A stretch of DNA of 64,000 nucleotides, from the NCBI GenBank assembly GCA_021821305.1, contig JAKACP010000001.1, positions 68,934 through 132,933 on the forward strand. The letters are read 5' to 3'. Both the position numbers and the translations under genes were made by a program. The notes under the pieces were generated by a model. The model did not search any database, was not told where the DNA came from, and worked only from the letters and a program-made list of their open reading frames with translations. This document shows, piece after piece, positions 1-8,939 of the stretch; position 1 is the stretch's first letter, and each line of letters opens with the position of its first letter. Source of the DNA: a bacterium. GTDB lineage: Bacteria > Patescibacteriota > Minisyncoccia > Moranbacterales > UBA1568.

Positions 1-1323
1 GACGAGAAGAACCCGATGCTCACCCGCGTCTCCGGCATCGCCTTCGCGACGAAAGCGGAACTCGAAGCGCACCTCACGATGCTCGAAGAGGCGAAAAAGC
101 GCGACCACAAGAAGCTCGGCCGCGAGCTCGATCTCTTCGTGTTCTCCGATCTCGTCGGCGCGGGTCTGCCGCTGTGGACACCCAAAGGGACGCTCATCCG
201 GAACCTCCTCGATACCTACGTCTGGGAGCTCCGCAAGCGTCACGGATACGAGCAGGTCGATATCCCTCACATCACCAAGAAGGAACTGTACGAGACTTCG
301 GGGCACTGGGAAAAGTTCAAGGACGAGCTCTTCACGATCACCACGCGCGAGGGACACTTCTTCGCGATGAAGCCCATGAACTGTCCCCACCACACGCAGC
401 TCTACGCGCGCAGGCAGTGGAGCTACCGCGAACTCCCCCAGCGCTACGCCAATACCACGAAAGTCTACCGCGACGAGCAATCCGGCGAGCTCAACGGTCT
501 CTCACGGACGCGCGCGTTCACCCAGGACGACGCGCACGTATTCTGCCGCAAGGAAGAGATCGAGACGGAGGTGCTCGCGGTATGGGACATCATCGACACG
601 TTCTACGGATCGTTCGGATTCTCCGACCTCGTCGTCCGCTTTTCCCGCCACGATCCGGAACACTTCGAGAAATACCTCGGTACCGAGGAGCTCTGGAACG
701 ACGCGGAGCGACAGATCGCGAACATCCTCGCGAAACGCGGCGGCGAATACATCGACGGCCTCGGTGAGGCGGCGATGTACGGTCCGAAAATAGACTTCAT
801 GGCCAAAGACGCGATCGGGCGGGAATGGCAGGTCGCGACCATACAGCTCGACTTCAATATGCCCGAGCGGTTCGATCTCTCCTGCATCAACGAGAAGGGC
901 GAGAAGGAACGGGTGGCGATGATCCACTGCGCTGTCATGGGATCCATCGAGCGGTTCATGAGCGTGCTCATCGAACACTTCGCCGGCAGTTTCCCGCTCT
1001 GGCTCGCTCCGGTTCAGACGCGCGTCCTGCCGATCGGAGAAAGCGAACACGGATACGCCGAGGAAACGATCGCACAGCTCGCCTCGGCCGGCATCCGCTG
1101 CGATCTCGACGACTCGAACGAGAGCCTCGGCAAGAAGATCCGCAACGCCAAGCTCGAGAAGATCCCCTACCTCCTCGTCATCGGCAAGAACGAGGCTGCG
1201 AACAAGACAGCCACGCTCGAGAGCCGCGATCAGGGCAAGATCGGCGAGATGAAGATCGACGAAGTGATCGGACGCCTTACGGAAGAGAACGATTCGAAAG
1301 CGATCACCCGGAAAACGGCTTGA
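1..1323 (+). CDS. thrS: Threonyl-tRNA synthetase (5'-truncated by window edge)
   Basis: Motifs RDHKKLG, KPMNCPHH, FTQDDAH, YGPKID, GSIERF and C-terminal anticodon-binding domain; frame open from base 1. Confidence 0.98.
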   Translation, partial: DEKNPMLTRVSGIAFATKAELEAHLTMLEEAKKRDHKKLGRELDLFVFSDLVGAGLPLWTPKGTLIRNLLDTYVWELRKRHGYEQVDIPHITKKELYETSGHWEKFKDELFTITTREGHFFAMKPMNCPHHTQLYARRQWSYRELPQRYANTTKVYRDEQSGELNGLSRTRAFTQDDAHVFCRKEEIETEVLAVWDIIDTFYGSFGFSDLVVRFSRHDPEHFEKYLGTEELWNDAERQIANILAKRGGEYIDGLGEAAMYGPKIDFMAKDAIGREWQVATIQLDFNMPERFDLSCINEKGEKERVAMIHCAVMGSIERFMSVLIEHFAGSFPLWLAPVQTRVLPIGESEHGYAEETIAQLASAGIRCDLDDSNESLGKKIRNAKLEKIPYLLVIGKNEAANKTATLESRDQGKIGEMKIDEVIGRLTEENDSKAITRKTA

Positions 1324-1411
1324 CGGCGAAAATCGTTTTGGTAGAATAGGAAATAATAAAAGCGCAAACACCAATCGTTGCGCTTTTATTGTTTTCCGAC
1401 GACATCCTCCC

Positions 1412-1735
1412 TCACCTCTTCGAGAGCCGGTCGGCCGCGTCCCGCGCCATCCGGAGGAGAACGTTCCGATCGTCGCCGTCGTCGACACGGTTCTCCCGTT
1501 CATGGCCGCAGACGACGCACCGGTGCAGGATACGCTCCTCACCGTTTTTCATGCGAGAGGAGACGGGCTCCATGAGACCCCCGCACGAGGCGGCGCGATC
1601 CCCGGGGAATACGTCCACGTGACGGCTAAAGAGGCATGCCGGACAGTGATTCGTATACCCGTCACCCGTAACCGCGACACCGCAGCGGGCGCAAATGAAA
1701 TCCTCTTTTTTTCTCCGGAACTTCCGTTCGTTCAT
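1412..1735 (-). CDS. RNHCP-domain zinc-ribbon protein
   Basis: F-x-C-x2-C...TNHCPACLFSRHVD..PGDRAA.CGG.M.P...HRC..CG; start reassigned to the ATG of MNERKF. Confidence 0.85.
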   Translation of the reverse strand: MNERKFRRKKEDFICARCGVAVTGDGYTNHCPACLFSRHVDVFPGDRAASCGGLMEPVSSRMKNGEERILHRCVVCGHERENRVDDGDDRNVLLRMARDAADRLSKR

Positions 1736-1807
1736 AAGCCGTTTGACGCGAGGGAGCATTCCCCAGTATGATACGCTGATGTTCATTACAAAGAAAGGAG
1801 TGGCACC

Positions 1808-2263
1808 ATGGATAATCCGATCGTTCTCCTCGCCGTACTCAACGTCATCCCGAGCACCCTGCCTGAGATTTTGTCCGACATAGCCTCCCTCAGACAAGGA
1901 AGGGGGTATTCCCCGTTCGGCGGGTCGTGCGCGATCAGCCGGTTCGTCAGGGAGTCCGGCGATGGTCCGGGTCCGCTTGAGCCGTTCCATACGCGGGAAA
2001 CCTGTGAAAAGGGTCTCATGGAACTGGCTCGGCTCGGACTCGTCAAAAAAGACGACGCCGGATACCGATTGACGTACGAGGGCATCGCGATGACCGCGGC
2101 GGTCATCAGGCGCGTGAAGAAGAAATACGGGCCCCAGGCACCCCCGCTTCCGTCCGCCGTACGCAAGGATCGGCCGGATCCGCCCGTCGAGCTCTCTCCA
2201 ATCTCCCGGCAGAAGCTCTTGGAGGAACTCGTCAAACGATACGCCGACGAGCAAAAACACTGA
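1808..2263 (+). CDS. Hypothetical protein, possible winged-helix
   Basis: SD AAAGGAG before ATG; LARLGLVKKDDAGYRLTYEG resembles a wHTH wing. Confidence 0.55.
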   Translation: MDNPIVLLAVLNVIPSTLPEILSDIASLRQGRGYSPFGGSCAISRFVRESGDGPGPLEPFHTRETCEKGLMELARLGLVKKDDAGYRLTYEGIAMTAAVIRRVKKKYGPQAPPLPSAVRKDRPDPPVELSPISRQKLLEELVKRYADEQKH

Positions 2264-2313
2264 ACGGAGACATGTCAACCGACTGTCTCCGTTTTTTCAT
2301 GTCCGGAAGAGCC

Positions 2314-2832
2314 TTACTTGATCCCCATGAGCTCGGTCTCGAACACGAGCGTCGCATCCGGAGGGATGAGCGCGCCGGCGCCGCGCGAACCATAGCCCAT
2401 CTCCGAAGGGATGGTGAGCCGGCGCTTCTCGCCGACCTTCATGCCGAGCAGTCCCTCGTCCCAGCCGCGGATGACCTCTCCCGCGCCCACGGTGAAGGAA
2501 AACGGCTCGCCGCGATCGATACTCGAATCGAACTTGGTACCGTCGGTGAGCGTCCCGGTGTAGTGTACCGAGATCATATCGCCCTTCTTCGTCACCCGAT
2601 CCCCGGAACCTTCCCGGAGCGTCTCTATCTTGAGATCCATACTCGTTTCGTTATCCTTTTTATCGGCTACCACCGGTTGTTTCTGGGTCGACTGCTCGCG
2701 GACCTTCTCCTCGTCTATCGTCACCGCGATCTCCTTCGTGCGTGAGGGCGCCTTGTCTTCCTGCGGCCGGGAGGAATAATACATGACGCCGACGAATGCC
2801 ATGACGCCGACGATCGCGAATATCTTGTTCAT
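2314..2832 (-). CDS. FKBP-type peptidyl-prolyl isomerase with N-terminal membrane anchor
   Basis: [41 protein letters not shown]; start at MNKIFA. Confidence 0.95.
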   Translation of the reverse strand: MNKIFAIVGVMAFVGVMYYSSRPQEDKAPSRTKEIAVTIDEEKVREQSTQKQPVVADKKDNETSMDLKIETLREGSGDRVTKKGDMISVHYTGTLTDGTKFDSSIDRGEPFSFTVGAGEVIRGWDEGLLGMKVGEKRRLTIPSEMGYGSRGAGALIPPDATLVFETELMGIK

Positions 2833-2854
2833 AGGTGTTTCCGTATCGTGTTCG

Positions 2855-2930
2855 TGGAGCGGGTGATGGGAATCGAACCCACCTCTCGACCTTGGAAGGG
2901 TCGCATAATAAGCCACTATACTACACCCGC
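2855..2930 (-). tRNA. tRNA-Gly(TCC)
   Basis: GCGGGTG...CTTCCAA anticodon loop...GGTTCGATTCC...CACCCGCTCCA. Confidence 0.95.
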
Positions 2931-2958
2931 ATCGTCTGCAGACGGTTCCGCCCGAGCG

Positions 2959-3702
2959 CTATTTCCCGGCTATCGGGCCCGTCAGTCCCGTGAAAGGATC
3001 GATCTTGATATCCTCGGGCAGGACTCCGAGCCCGAGAAGCATCTCTTTCATCGCGTCCGCGAAACCGGGAGCGCCTATGACATAATAATGGCAATCCGTC
3101 GCATCTGGCAAGTATTTCCGGATCATGTCCCCGGTGATGTGCCCACGCTCTTCCCGCGGCTCCGTCGCCGGATCCGTCACATCGGACAACGTCCAGATAT
3201 ACCGGAAATCCGCGATATCGGCGGCGAGAAGCTCCTTGTGGAACGCGGCGTCCACGATATGACGATTCGAGTAGAAGAGGGCGTACGGGCGCGTGTCCCC
3301 GCGGAACGCGGCGTCGCGGAGCATGGCCCTCGCCGGCGCGATCCCGACGCCGCCGGCGAGCAACACGACCGGTTTTCCGTCATTCTCCGGAATCGTGCAG
3401 TGCCCGACGGCCGGCGAACAGGAGACCGTATCGCCCGGCTTGAGGTCCCACATCGTCTTCTTGAATCCGGTTATCCCCTCGCGCATGACGAACGCGATCT
3501 CGTCCTCATGCGGGGCCGACGCGATGGAAAACGATCGGACGCCTGCCCGGACGTCCGGCTCGACCAGCCGAGTCGGGTCCATCCGCATCACGACGTACTG
3601 CCCTGCCTGGAACGTGAACCCGTCCGGCTTTTCGAACGAGAACATCCTGGTCTTATCGGCGACTTCCTTGAACTCCTTGAGCGTGAGCGTGATCATTTCC
3701 AT
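2959..3702 (-). CDS. FAD/NAD(P)-binding oxidoreductase (ferredoxin-NADP reductase family)
   Basis: FQAGQY, RSFSIAS, LLAGGVGIAP, LFYSNR, YYVIGAPGF. Confidence 0.9.
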   Translation of the reverse strand: MEMITLTLKEFKEVADKTRMFSFEKPDGFTFQAGQYVVMRMDPTRLVEPDVRAGVRSFSIASAPHEDEIAFVMREGITGFKKTMWDLKPGDTVSCSPAVGHCTIPENDGKPVVLLAGGVGIAPARAMLRDAAFRGDTRPYALFYSNRHIVDAAFHKELLAADIADFRYIWTLSDVTDPATEPREERGHITGDMIRKYLPDATDCHYYVIGAPGFADAMKEMLLGLGVLPEDIKIDPFTGLTGPIAGK

Positions 3703-3751
3703 ACCGTCCTCGTTTTCACGGTTACGTATTTTCACATATAAGGCCTTCTTG

Positions 3752-3822
3752 TCGGGGTGCAGGGAGTCGAACCCTGACTAAATGGTCCCAAACCACTCGT
3801 ACTACCGCTATACTACACCCCG
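3752..3822 (-). tRNA. tRNA-Pro(TGG), CCA not encoded
   Basis: CGGGGTG...TTTGGGA anticodon loop...GGTTCGACTCC...CACCCCGA. Confidence 0.93.
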
Positions 3823-3828
3823 ATTCAA

Positions 3829-3910
3829 CTCGGAATCCCCGCCTGCGGCAGGCAGGGAACCGAGACTAAATGGTCCCAAACCACTCGTACTACCACTATA
3901 CTATGCCCCG
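3829..3910 (-). pseudogene. Second tRNA-Pro(TGG) copy with a 19-nt hairpin inserted in the T-loop and no 3' acceptor strand
   Basis: Near-identical D and anticodon arms to 3752..3822; CTCGG-TTC[CCTGCCTGCCGCAGGCGGG]GATT-CCGAG, then no TGCCCCG. Confidence 0.8.
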
Positions 3911-4066
3911 AAAGGACCCATCCATCATACCCGCAAAGGGCAGAAAAGGCAACGGAAAGCAAAATCCCGTCCGCACGAGGCGAAACGGGATTCAGCCCTA
4001 TCTTTTGTTTCTTCGAAAGCGTTCTCTCCGGACGGAATATCCGGAGGATTCCGCTTCGCTTCGCGA

Positions 4067-4348
4067 TTATTTCACCGCTTCCTTGAGACTCTTCCCGGCA
4101 GTGAATTTCGGTACCGTCATCGCGGGAATCGTGATCTTGGCCTTGGTCTGCGGGTTGATGCCTTCGCGGGCCGCGCGGTCCGAGACACGGAACGTACCGA
4201 AACCGGTAAGCGTCACCTTGTTCCCTTTGCGGAGCTCATCCGTCACGACATCCACCATGGCCTCGATGGTCGCCTCGACATCTTTCTTCGAAAGATCCGT
4301 CTTGGCGCACACCGCGTGCACGAGCGCGTCTTTGTTCACATTCGTCAT
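4067..4348 (-). CDS. hup: DNA-binding protein HU
   Basis: VTLTGFGTF...RAAREGINPQT...PKFTAGKSLKEAV. Confidence 0.97.
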   Translation of the reverse strand: MTNVNKDALVHAVCAKTDLSKKDVEATIEAMVDVVTDELRKGNKVTLTGFGTFRVSDRAAREGINPQTKAKITIPAMTVPKFTAGKSLKEAVK

Positions 4349-4471
4349 ACTTTCCACCTGCCTTTCTAGTTTTCTGCTCCGGCCATCCGGAGTGTCTATG
4401 AATTTTCCTCCGATACCATTCTAACTTTTCGCTGAAAAAAAGCAAATCCCAAACATTGTCAACACTCGACC

Positions 4472-6004
4472 CTACCGGGCGAACTCGATCGACCGGGTCT
4501 CGCGCATCACGACCACGCGGATCTCGCCGGGGTACTTGAGCTCCTCTTGGATCCGGCCCGCGATGTCCTTGGCGAGCTTCATCGCGCCGAGATCATCCGT
4601 CTTCTCGGGATTCACGAACACCCGCACCTCGCGGCCCGCCTGGATGGCATAGGACTTCTCCACTTCGGAAAACGAGTTGATGAGCGATTCGAGCTCCTCG
4701 AGCCGTCTGATGTATTTTTCCGCGGTCTCCTTCCGGGCACCCGGACGGGCCGCCGAAATCGCGTCGGCCGCGGTCACGATATAGGATTCGAGCGACGAAT
4801 GCGGATACTCGTCATGATGGCACTTCATGGCGTCGATCACTTCCTGCTGCACGCCGAATTTCTCGAGGATCCGGATGCCGATGTTCACGTGCGTCCCCTC
4901 GATCTCATGGTCCACCGCCTTGCCGATATCATGGAGCAATCCGGCCTTCTTCGCGACCGCGACGTTGCCGCCCAGTTCCGCGGCCAAAGCGCCGGCGATA
5001 TAGGAGACCTCGAGCGTATGGATGAGCACGTTCTGCTTGTAGCTGTAGCGGAACCGCAGCCGTCCGAGGATATAGAGCAGCTTGGGATGGAGCCCGGCCA
5101 CGCCGGCCTCGTATGCCGCCGCCTCGCCGGCTTCCTTGATCCTCTGATCGACTTCCTTGCGTCCTTCTTCCACGGCTTCCTCGATGCGGGCCGGATGGAT
5201 GCGTCCGTCGGCTATCAGCTTCTCGAGAGCTATCTTGGCCACTTCGCGTCGGACCGGGTCGAAACCGGAGATCACGACGGATTCCGGGGTATCGTCGACG
5301 ATGAGTTCGACACCGGTCTCCTTCTCGAGCGCGCGGATGTTCCGCCCTTCCTTGCCGATGATCTTCCCCTTGATGTCATCCGAAGGGATCGGCACCGTCG
5401 TCGTCGTGAACTCGGAGACATGCGAGCGGGAGTATTTCTGGATGATGGTCGCCATGATGTTGAGCGACCGCTCCTCGAGCGCCTCCGTCCCCTCCTTCTC
5501 GAGCTTGGTGATGCGCTGGACCAGGGCATCCTTGCTGTCCTCCTCCACGAGGCGGAACAGCTCCTCGCGGGCCTGCTCCGTCGAGAGGTTGGCTATGCGC
5601 TGGAGCTTTTCCTGCTCTTCTCCGCGAAGCTTTTCCACATCCTCCTGGATCGCCCGTATCTCGTCGGCTTTCTTGAGGAGCGTCTTCTTCTCCTGTTCGG
5701 TCTCGCTCAGGCGATGCTCGAGCTCGTCCTCACGCTTCTCGAGACGGCGTTCCTGGCGGCGGAACTCCTCCTCCCGGACCTGCGCCTCCTTTTTCGCTTC
5801 TTCCAAAAGCTCGACCGAACGGTTTTTCGCCTCGAGCACGATATCCGCGGATTTCTTTTCCGCGTCCTCGACGATCTTGGCCACCTGCCCCTCGGCGGTG
5901 GAAAGCTCACGTTTCGCCATCGTCTGGCGGGCCAGGTAGCCCAAAACCGCACCGACGCCGAGGGCGAGGGTGCCGATAAGCAGCAAAGTCACGCTGATAA
6001 CCAT
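4472..6004 (-). CDS. rny: Ribonuclease Y
   Basis: N-terminal TM, coiled coil, KH domain (KGKIIGKEGRNIR), HD motif (LLHDIGK), YAIQAGREVRV. Confidence 0.98.
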   Translation of the reverse strand: MVISVTLLLIGTLALGVGAVLGYLARQTMAKRELSTAEGQVAKIVEDAEKKSADIVLEAKNRSVELLEEAKKEAQVREEEFRRQERRLEKREDELEHRLSETEQEKKTLLKKADEIRAIQEDVEKLRGEEQEKLQRIANLSTEQAREELFRLVEEDSKDALVQRITKLEKEGTEALEERSLNIMATIIQKYSRSHVSEFTTTTVPIPSDDIKGKIIGKEGRNIRALEKETGVELIVDDTPESVVISGFDPVRREVAKIALEKLIADGRIHPARIEEAVEEGRKEVDQRIKEAGEAAAYEAGVAGLHPKLLYILGRLRFRYSYKQNVLIHTLEVSYIAGALAAELGGNVAVAKKAGLLHDIGKAVDHEIEGTHVNIGIRILEKFGVQQEVIDAMKCHHDEYPHSSLESYIVTAADAISAARPGARKETAEKYIRRLEELESLINSFSEVEKSYAIQAGREVRVFVNPEKTDDLGAMKLAKDIAGRIQEELKYPGEIRVVVMRETRSIEFAR

Positions 6005-6226
6005 AACCGTGTATCCCTGTGCCCGAGATACCGCGGAGGGTCGTCGGAGAGGCTTACTTCGAAGCCTTCTTCATCCGATGAACATGAGAAAGAATACCGG
6101 AAACGGATCCGGCGGAAATATGAATGTCTCTGTGCGAATAGGAATGGGTTCCCTTCATAATTTTCAATCTTCTCGTCCCCGCTATCTCAAGAAAAGGGGT
6201 GAAACAATATTTACGAATGTGGAGCC

Positions 6227-6278
6227 ATCATAGCCCAACGGGACCGCTTTGTCAAAGAGATTGGCGAGGTGCTATACT
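6227..6278. promoter_or_regulatory. Overlapping divergent sigma70 promoters for rny (-) and gpmI (+)
   Basis: Minus: TTGACA-17-TATGAT (6255..6227); plus: TTGTCA-18-TATACT with extended TG (6249..6278). Confidence 0.7.
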
Positions 6279-6283
6279 GACTA

Positions 6284-6468
6284 AGTAACTGTTCAACATC
6301 TCACCGCCCTGAATACAAGAAAAAGCATGCTTGTCTCATAAAATGTCCGGATTTCGGCTGCAAACCCCTCAAAGCTCGTCGGATTATCACGATAGCCCTC
6401 CTCACTTCTCAGGGTTTTCGCTCGAAATCCGAACATTTTCTTGAGACATGAGATATTGAACAGTTACT
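6284..6468 (-). repeat. Dispersed structured element, copy A (185 bp)
   Basis: Terminal inverted repeat AGTAACTGTTCAACATCTCA/TGAGATATTGAACAGTTACT; internal motifs shared with 51600..51789 and 63398..63583. Confidence 0.85.
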
Positions 6469-6495
6469 AAAGAAATCACCATAAACAGAAACATC

Positions 6496-8070
6496 GTGTA
6501 CCGACCGTTCGTGCTGGTCGTCTTGGACGGATGGGGCTTGAGCTCCTTCACCCAAGGGAATCCTTTGCGCCAGGCGAAGCTCCCGACCATCGAAAAACTC
6601 AACCGATTCTACCCCCTGGCGACGCTTCAGGCCTCCGGAATTTCCGTAGGTCTTCCTTGGAATACCGCCGGAAACAGCGAGGTCGGCCACATGACCATGG
6701 GCGCGGGACGCGTCATCTACCAGAACCTCCCGCGCATCGCGCTTTCCATACAGGACGGGAGTTTCTATAAGAATCCCACGCTGCTCGCCGCCATCGACAA
6801 CGTGAAACGGACCGGGGGGAAACTCCATCTGATGGGGCTCGTCGGTGCCGGCGCGGTGCACTCGAGCAAGGATCACCTCTCGGCATTGCTGCGCATGACC
6901 AAGAACGAGGGGCTCGAGCAGGTGTTCATCCACGCCTTCACCGACGGTCGCGACTCCCCTCCGATGGCGGGAATACAGCATATCCGCGACCTCGAACGCG
7001 AGATGTCGATGATCGGCATCGGCCGGGTCGCCTCGGTCATCGGTCGCAACTGGGCCATGGACCGCAACAACAACTGGGACCGCATCGAGAAGGCCTATCG
7101 GATGCTCACCGAAGGGAAAGGCGAGCCGATGACCGATGTTCCGCTCTATCTCGAGCAATCCTACCTCAAGAACGTCACGGACGAATACGTCGAGGCCGGC
7201 GTCACCGTGGATGAGAACGGGCAACCGATCGCGCGCATCGAGGAGAAGGACTCGGTGATATATTTCAATTTCCGCGAAGACCGGGCCCGTGAGCTCACCA
7301 AGGCGTTCACGCTTCCCGGCTTCGACAAGTTCGATCGGCCGAAATTTCTCGACATCCATTTCGTCACCCTGACCGAATACGAGCGGGATCTCCCCGTGAC
7401 CGGCATCGCGTTCCCTCCGGAAAAGGTCGAGAACAGTCTCGGCGAGACGCTCTCCAACGCCGGAAAAAAGCAGCTGCGCATCGCCGAGACCGAAAAATAT
7501 GCCCACGTCACCTACTTCTTCAACGGAGGCAAGGAGCGGGCTTTCGCCGGCGAAGATCGGCTCCTCGTGCCGTCTCCGACCGTTTCCAAATTCGACGAGG
7601 TTCCGGAGATGAGCTCCGGAGAGTTGACCGACACGGTCATAAAGGCCATCGGTGAGGGGAAATATGATTTCATCCTCGTCAATTACGCGAACCCGGACAT
7701 GGTCGCCCATACCGGAAACGAGGAAGCGACGGTCGAAGCCGTCGAGGCGACCGACCGGTGCCTGGCGCTCCTCATCCCCGCGGTACTGCAGGCCGGAGGC
7801 GCGATGATGGTCACTTCGGATCACGGAAACGCCGAGGAACTCAAGAAGGCTTCCACCGGAGAGACCGACACCGAGCACTCGACCAACCCCATACCGCTCT
7901 GGTACCTCACCCCGGACAACCATCGGGAAAAGGACGCCGGCACGATGATGCGCGAACAAAACGAGGTACGCGGACTCCTTTCGGACGTCGCTCCGACCAT
8001 ACTCGATATACTGCAGATTCCCCAGCCGGCCGAGATGAACGGCTCGAGTATCGCGTCCTTGCTCGAGTGA
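6496..8070 (+). CDS. gpmI: 2,3-bisphosphoglycerate-independent phosphoglycerate mutase
   Basis: LDGWG, GNSEVGH, HAFTDGRD, NFREDRAR, AETEKYAHVTYFFNGG, NPDMVAHTG, SDHGNAE. Confidence 0.98.
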   Translation: MYRPFVLVVLDGWGLSSFTQGNPLRQAKLPTIEKLNRFYPLATLQASGISVGLPWNTAGNSEVGHMTMGAGRVIYQNLPRIALSIQDGSFYKNPTLLAAIDNVKRTGGKLHLMGLVGAGAVHSSKDHLSALLRMTKNEGLEQVFIHAFTDGRDSPPMAGIQHIRDLEREMSMIGIGRVASVIGRNWAMDRNNNWDRIEKAYRMLTEGKGEPMTDVPLYLEQSYLKNVTDEYVEAGVTVDENGQPIARIEEKDSVIYFNFREDRARELTKAFTLPGFDKFDRPKFLDIHFVTLTEYERDLPVTGIAFPPEKVENSLGETLSNAGKKQLRIAETEKYAHVTYFFNGGKERAFAGEDRLLVPSPTVSKFDEVPEMSSGELTDTVIKAIGEGKYDFILVNYANPDMVAHTGNEEATVEAVEATDRCLALLIPAVLQAGGAMMVTSDHGNAEELKKASTGETDTEHSTNPIPLWYLTPDNHREKDAGTMMREQNEVRGLLSDVAPTILDILQIPQPAEMNGSSIASLLE

Positions 8071-8090
8071 TACTTAGCGGGAAACTCGAC

Positions 8091-8128
8091 AAAACGCCCC
8101 CTCACGCGACGTGACGGGGCGTTTTTTT
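8091..8128. terminator. Bidirectional intrinsic terminator between gpmI and clpP
   Basis: AAAACGCCCC...GGGGCGTTTTTTT between convergent genes. Confidence 0.8.
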
Positions 8129-8147
8129 ATTCCGATCGCCGATCGAC

Positions 8148-8732
8148 CTACGAGATGACCTTGTCGACGATGCCGTACGACTTGGCTTCGTCCGCCGTCA
8201 TGAAGTAGTCGCGCTCGGTATCCTTCTCGATGCGGGCGAGTTTCTGGCCGGTATGCTTCGCGAGGATACGGTTAAGCCGATCCCGGGTCTTGAGGATATG
8301 CCGGGCATGGATCTCGACTTCGGTCGCCTGCCCCTGCGCGCCGCCCAACACCTGGTGGATCATCACCTCGCTGTTCGGGAGCACCATGCGCTTGCCCTTG
8401 GCGCCGGCCGCGAGGAGGACCGCTCCCGCGGATGCCGCGAGTCCGACGCAGATCGTCGAGACCGTCGGCTTCACGTACTGCATCGTATCGTAGATCGCGA
8501 GCGCCGCCGTCACCGATCCGCCGGGCGAATTGATATACATGCGGATATCCTCCTTCGGGTTCTGCGACTCGAGGAAGAGGAGCTGTGCGATGATCGTGTT
8601 GGCGACGTCGTCGTCGATGGGCGACCCGAGAAAGATGATGCGGTCCTTGAGGAGACGGGAGTAGATATCGTATGCGCGTTCCCCCATGCTTGTCTTCTCG
8701 ACGACCATCGGCACGAGATAGTTGTTTTTCAT
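8148..8732 (-). CDS. clpP: ATP-dependent Clp protease proteolytic subunit
   Basis: [38 protein letters not shown]. Confidence 0.98.
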   Translation of the reverse strand: MKNNYLVPMVVEKTSMGERAYDIYSRLLKDRIIFLGSPIDDDVANTIIAQLLFLESQNPKEDIRMYINSPGGSVTAALAIYDTMQYVKPTVSTICVGLAASAGAVLLAAGAKGKRMVLPNSEVMIHQVLGGAQGQATEVEIHARHILKTRDRLNRILAKHTGQKLARIEKDTERDYFMTADEAKSYGIVDKVIS

Positions 8733-8771
8733 AGTGTACTGTTATGGATAACAGGTATCGGCCAATCTGTA

Positions 8772-8926
8772 AATCGATCGTATCCTGTTTTCCGGGAACC
8801 GCATATTGCTCGAGCAAGCCCCTCTTTTCTCCGAAAATTCTCTCGGGATGCCGTCGAATGAGGAGAATGTTCGGAAAGAAAAGAGAGGGCGGCGAGGATG
8901 CGGTCGGAGACGGGATACGGTCGATT
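8772..8926 (+). other. Long imperfect rod-like hairpin in the tig-clpP spacer
   Basis: AATCGATCGTATCCTGTTTTCCG pairs with CGGAGACGGGATACGGTCGATT, plus inner stems; G-U pairs favour the + strand. Confidence 0.6.
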
Positions 8927-8939
8927 CAACAAGGCAGGG

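Noticed and set aside
3961-4060. Stacked hairpins between hup and the tRNA-Pro copies
   Set aside because: Adequately explained as the hup terminator region; no second copy in the window
4451-4462. 12-mer TTGACAATGTTT shared by the hup upstream region (- strand) and the tsaE/DHH spacer (about 58125)
   Set aside because: Half of it is the -35 consensus; two copies are too weak to call an operator
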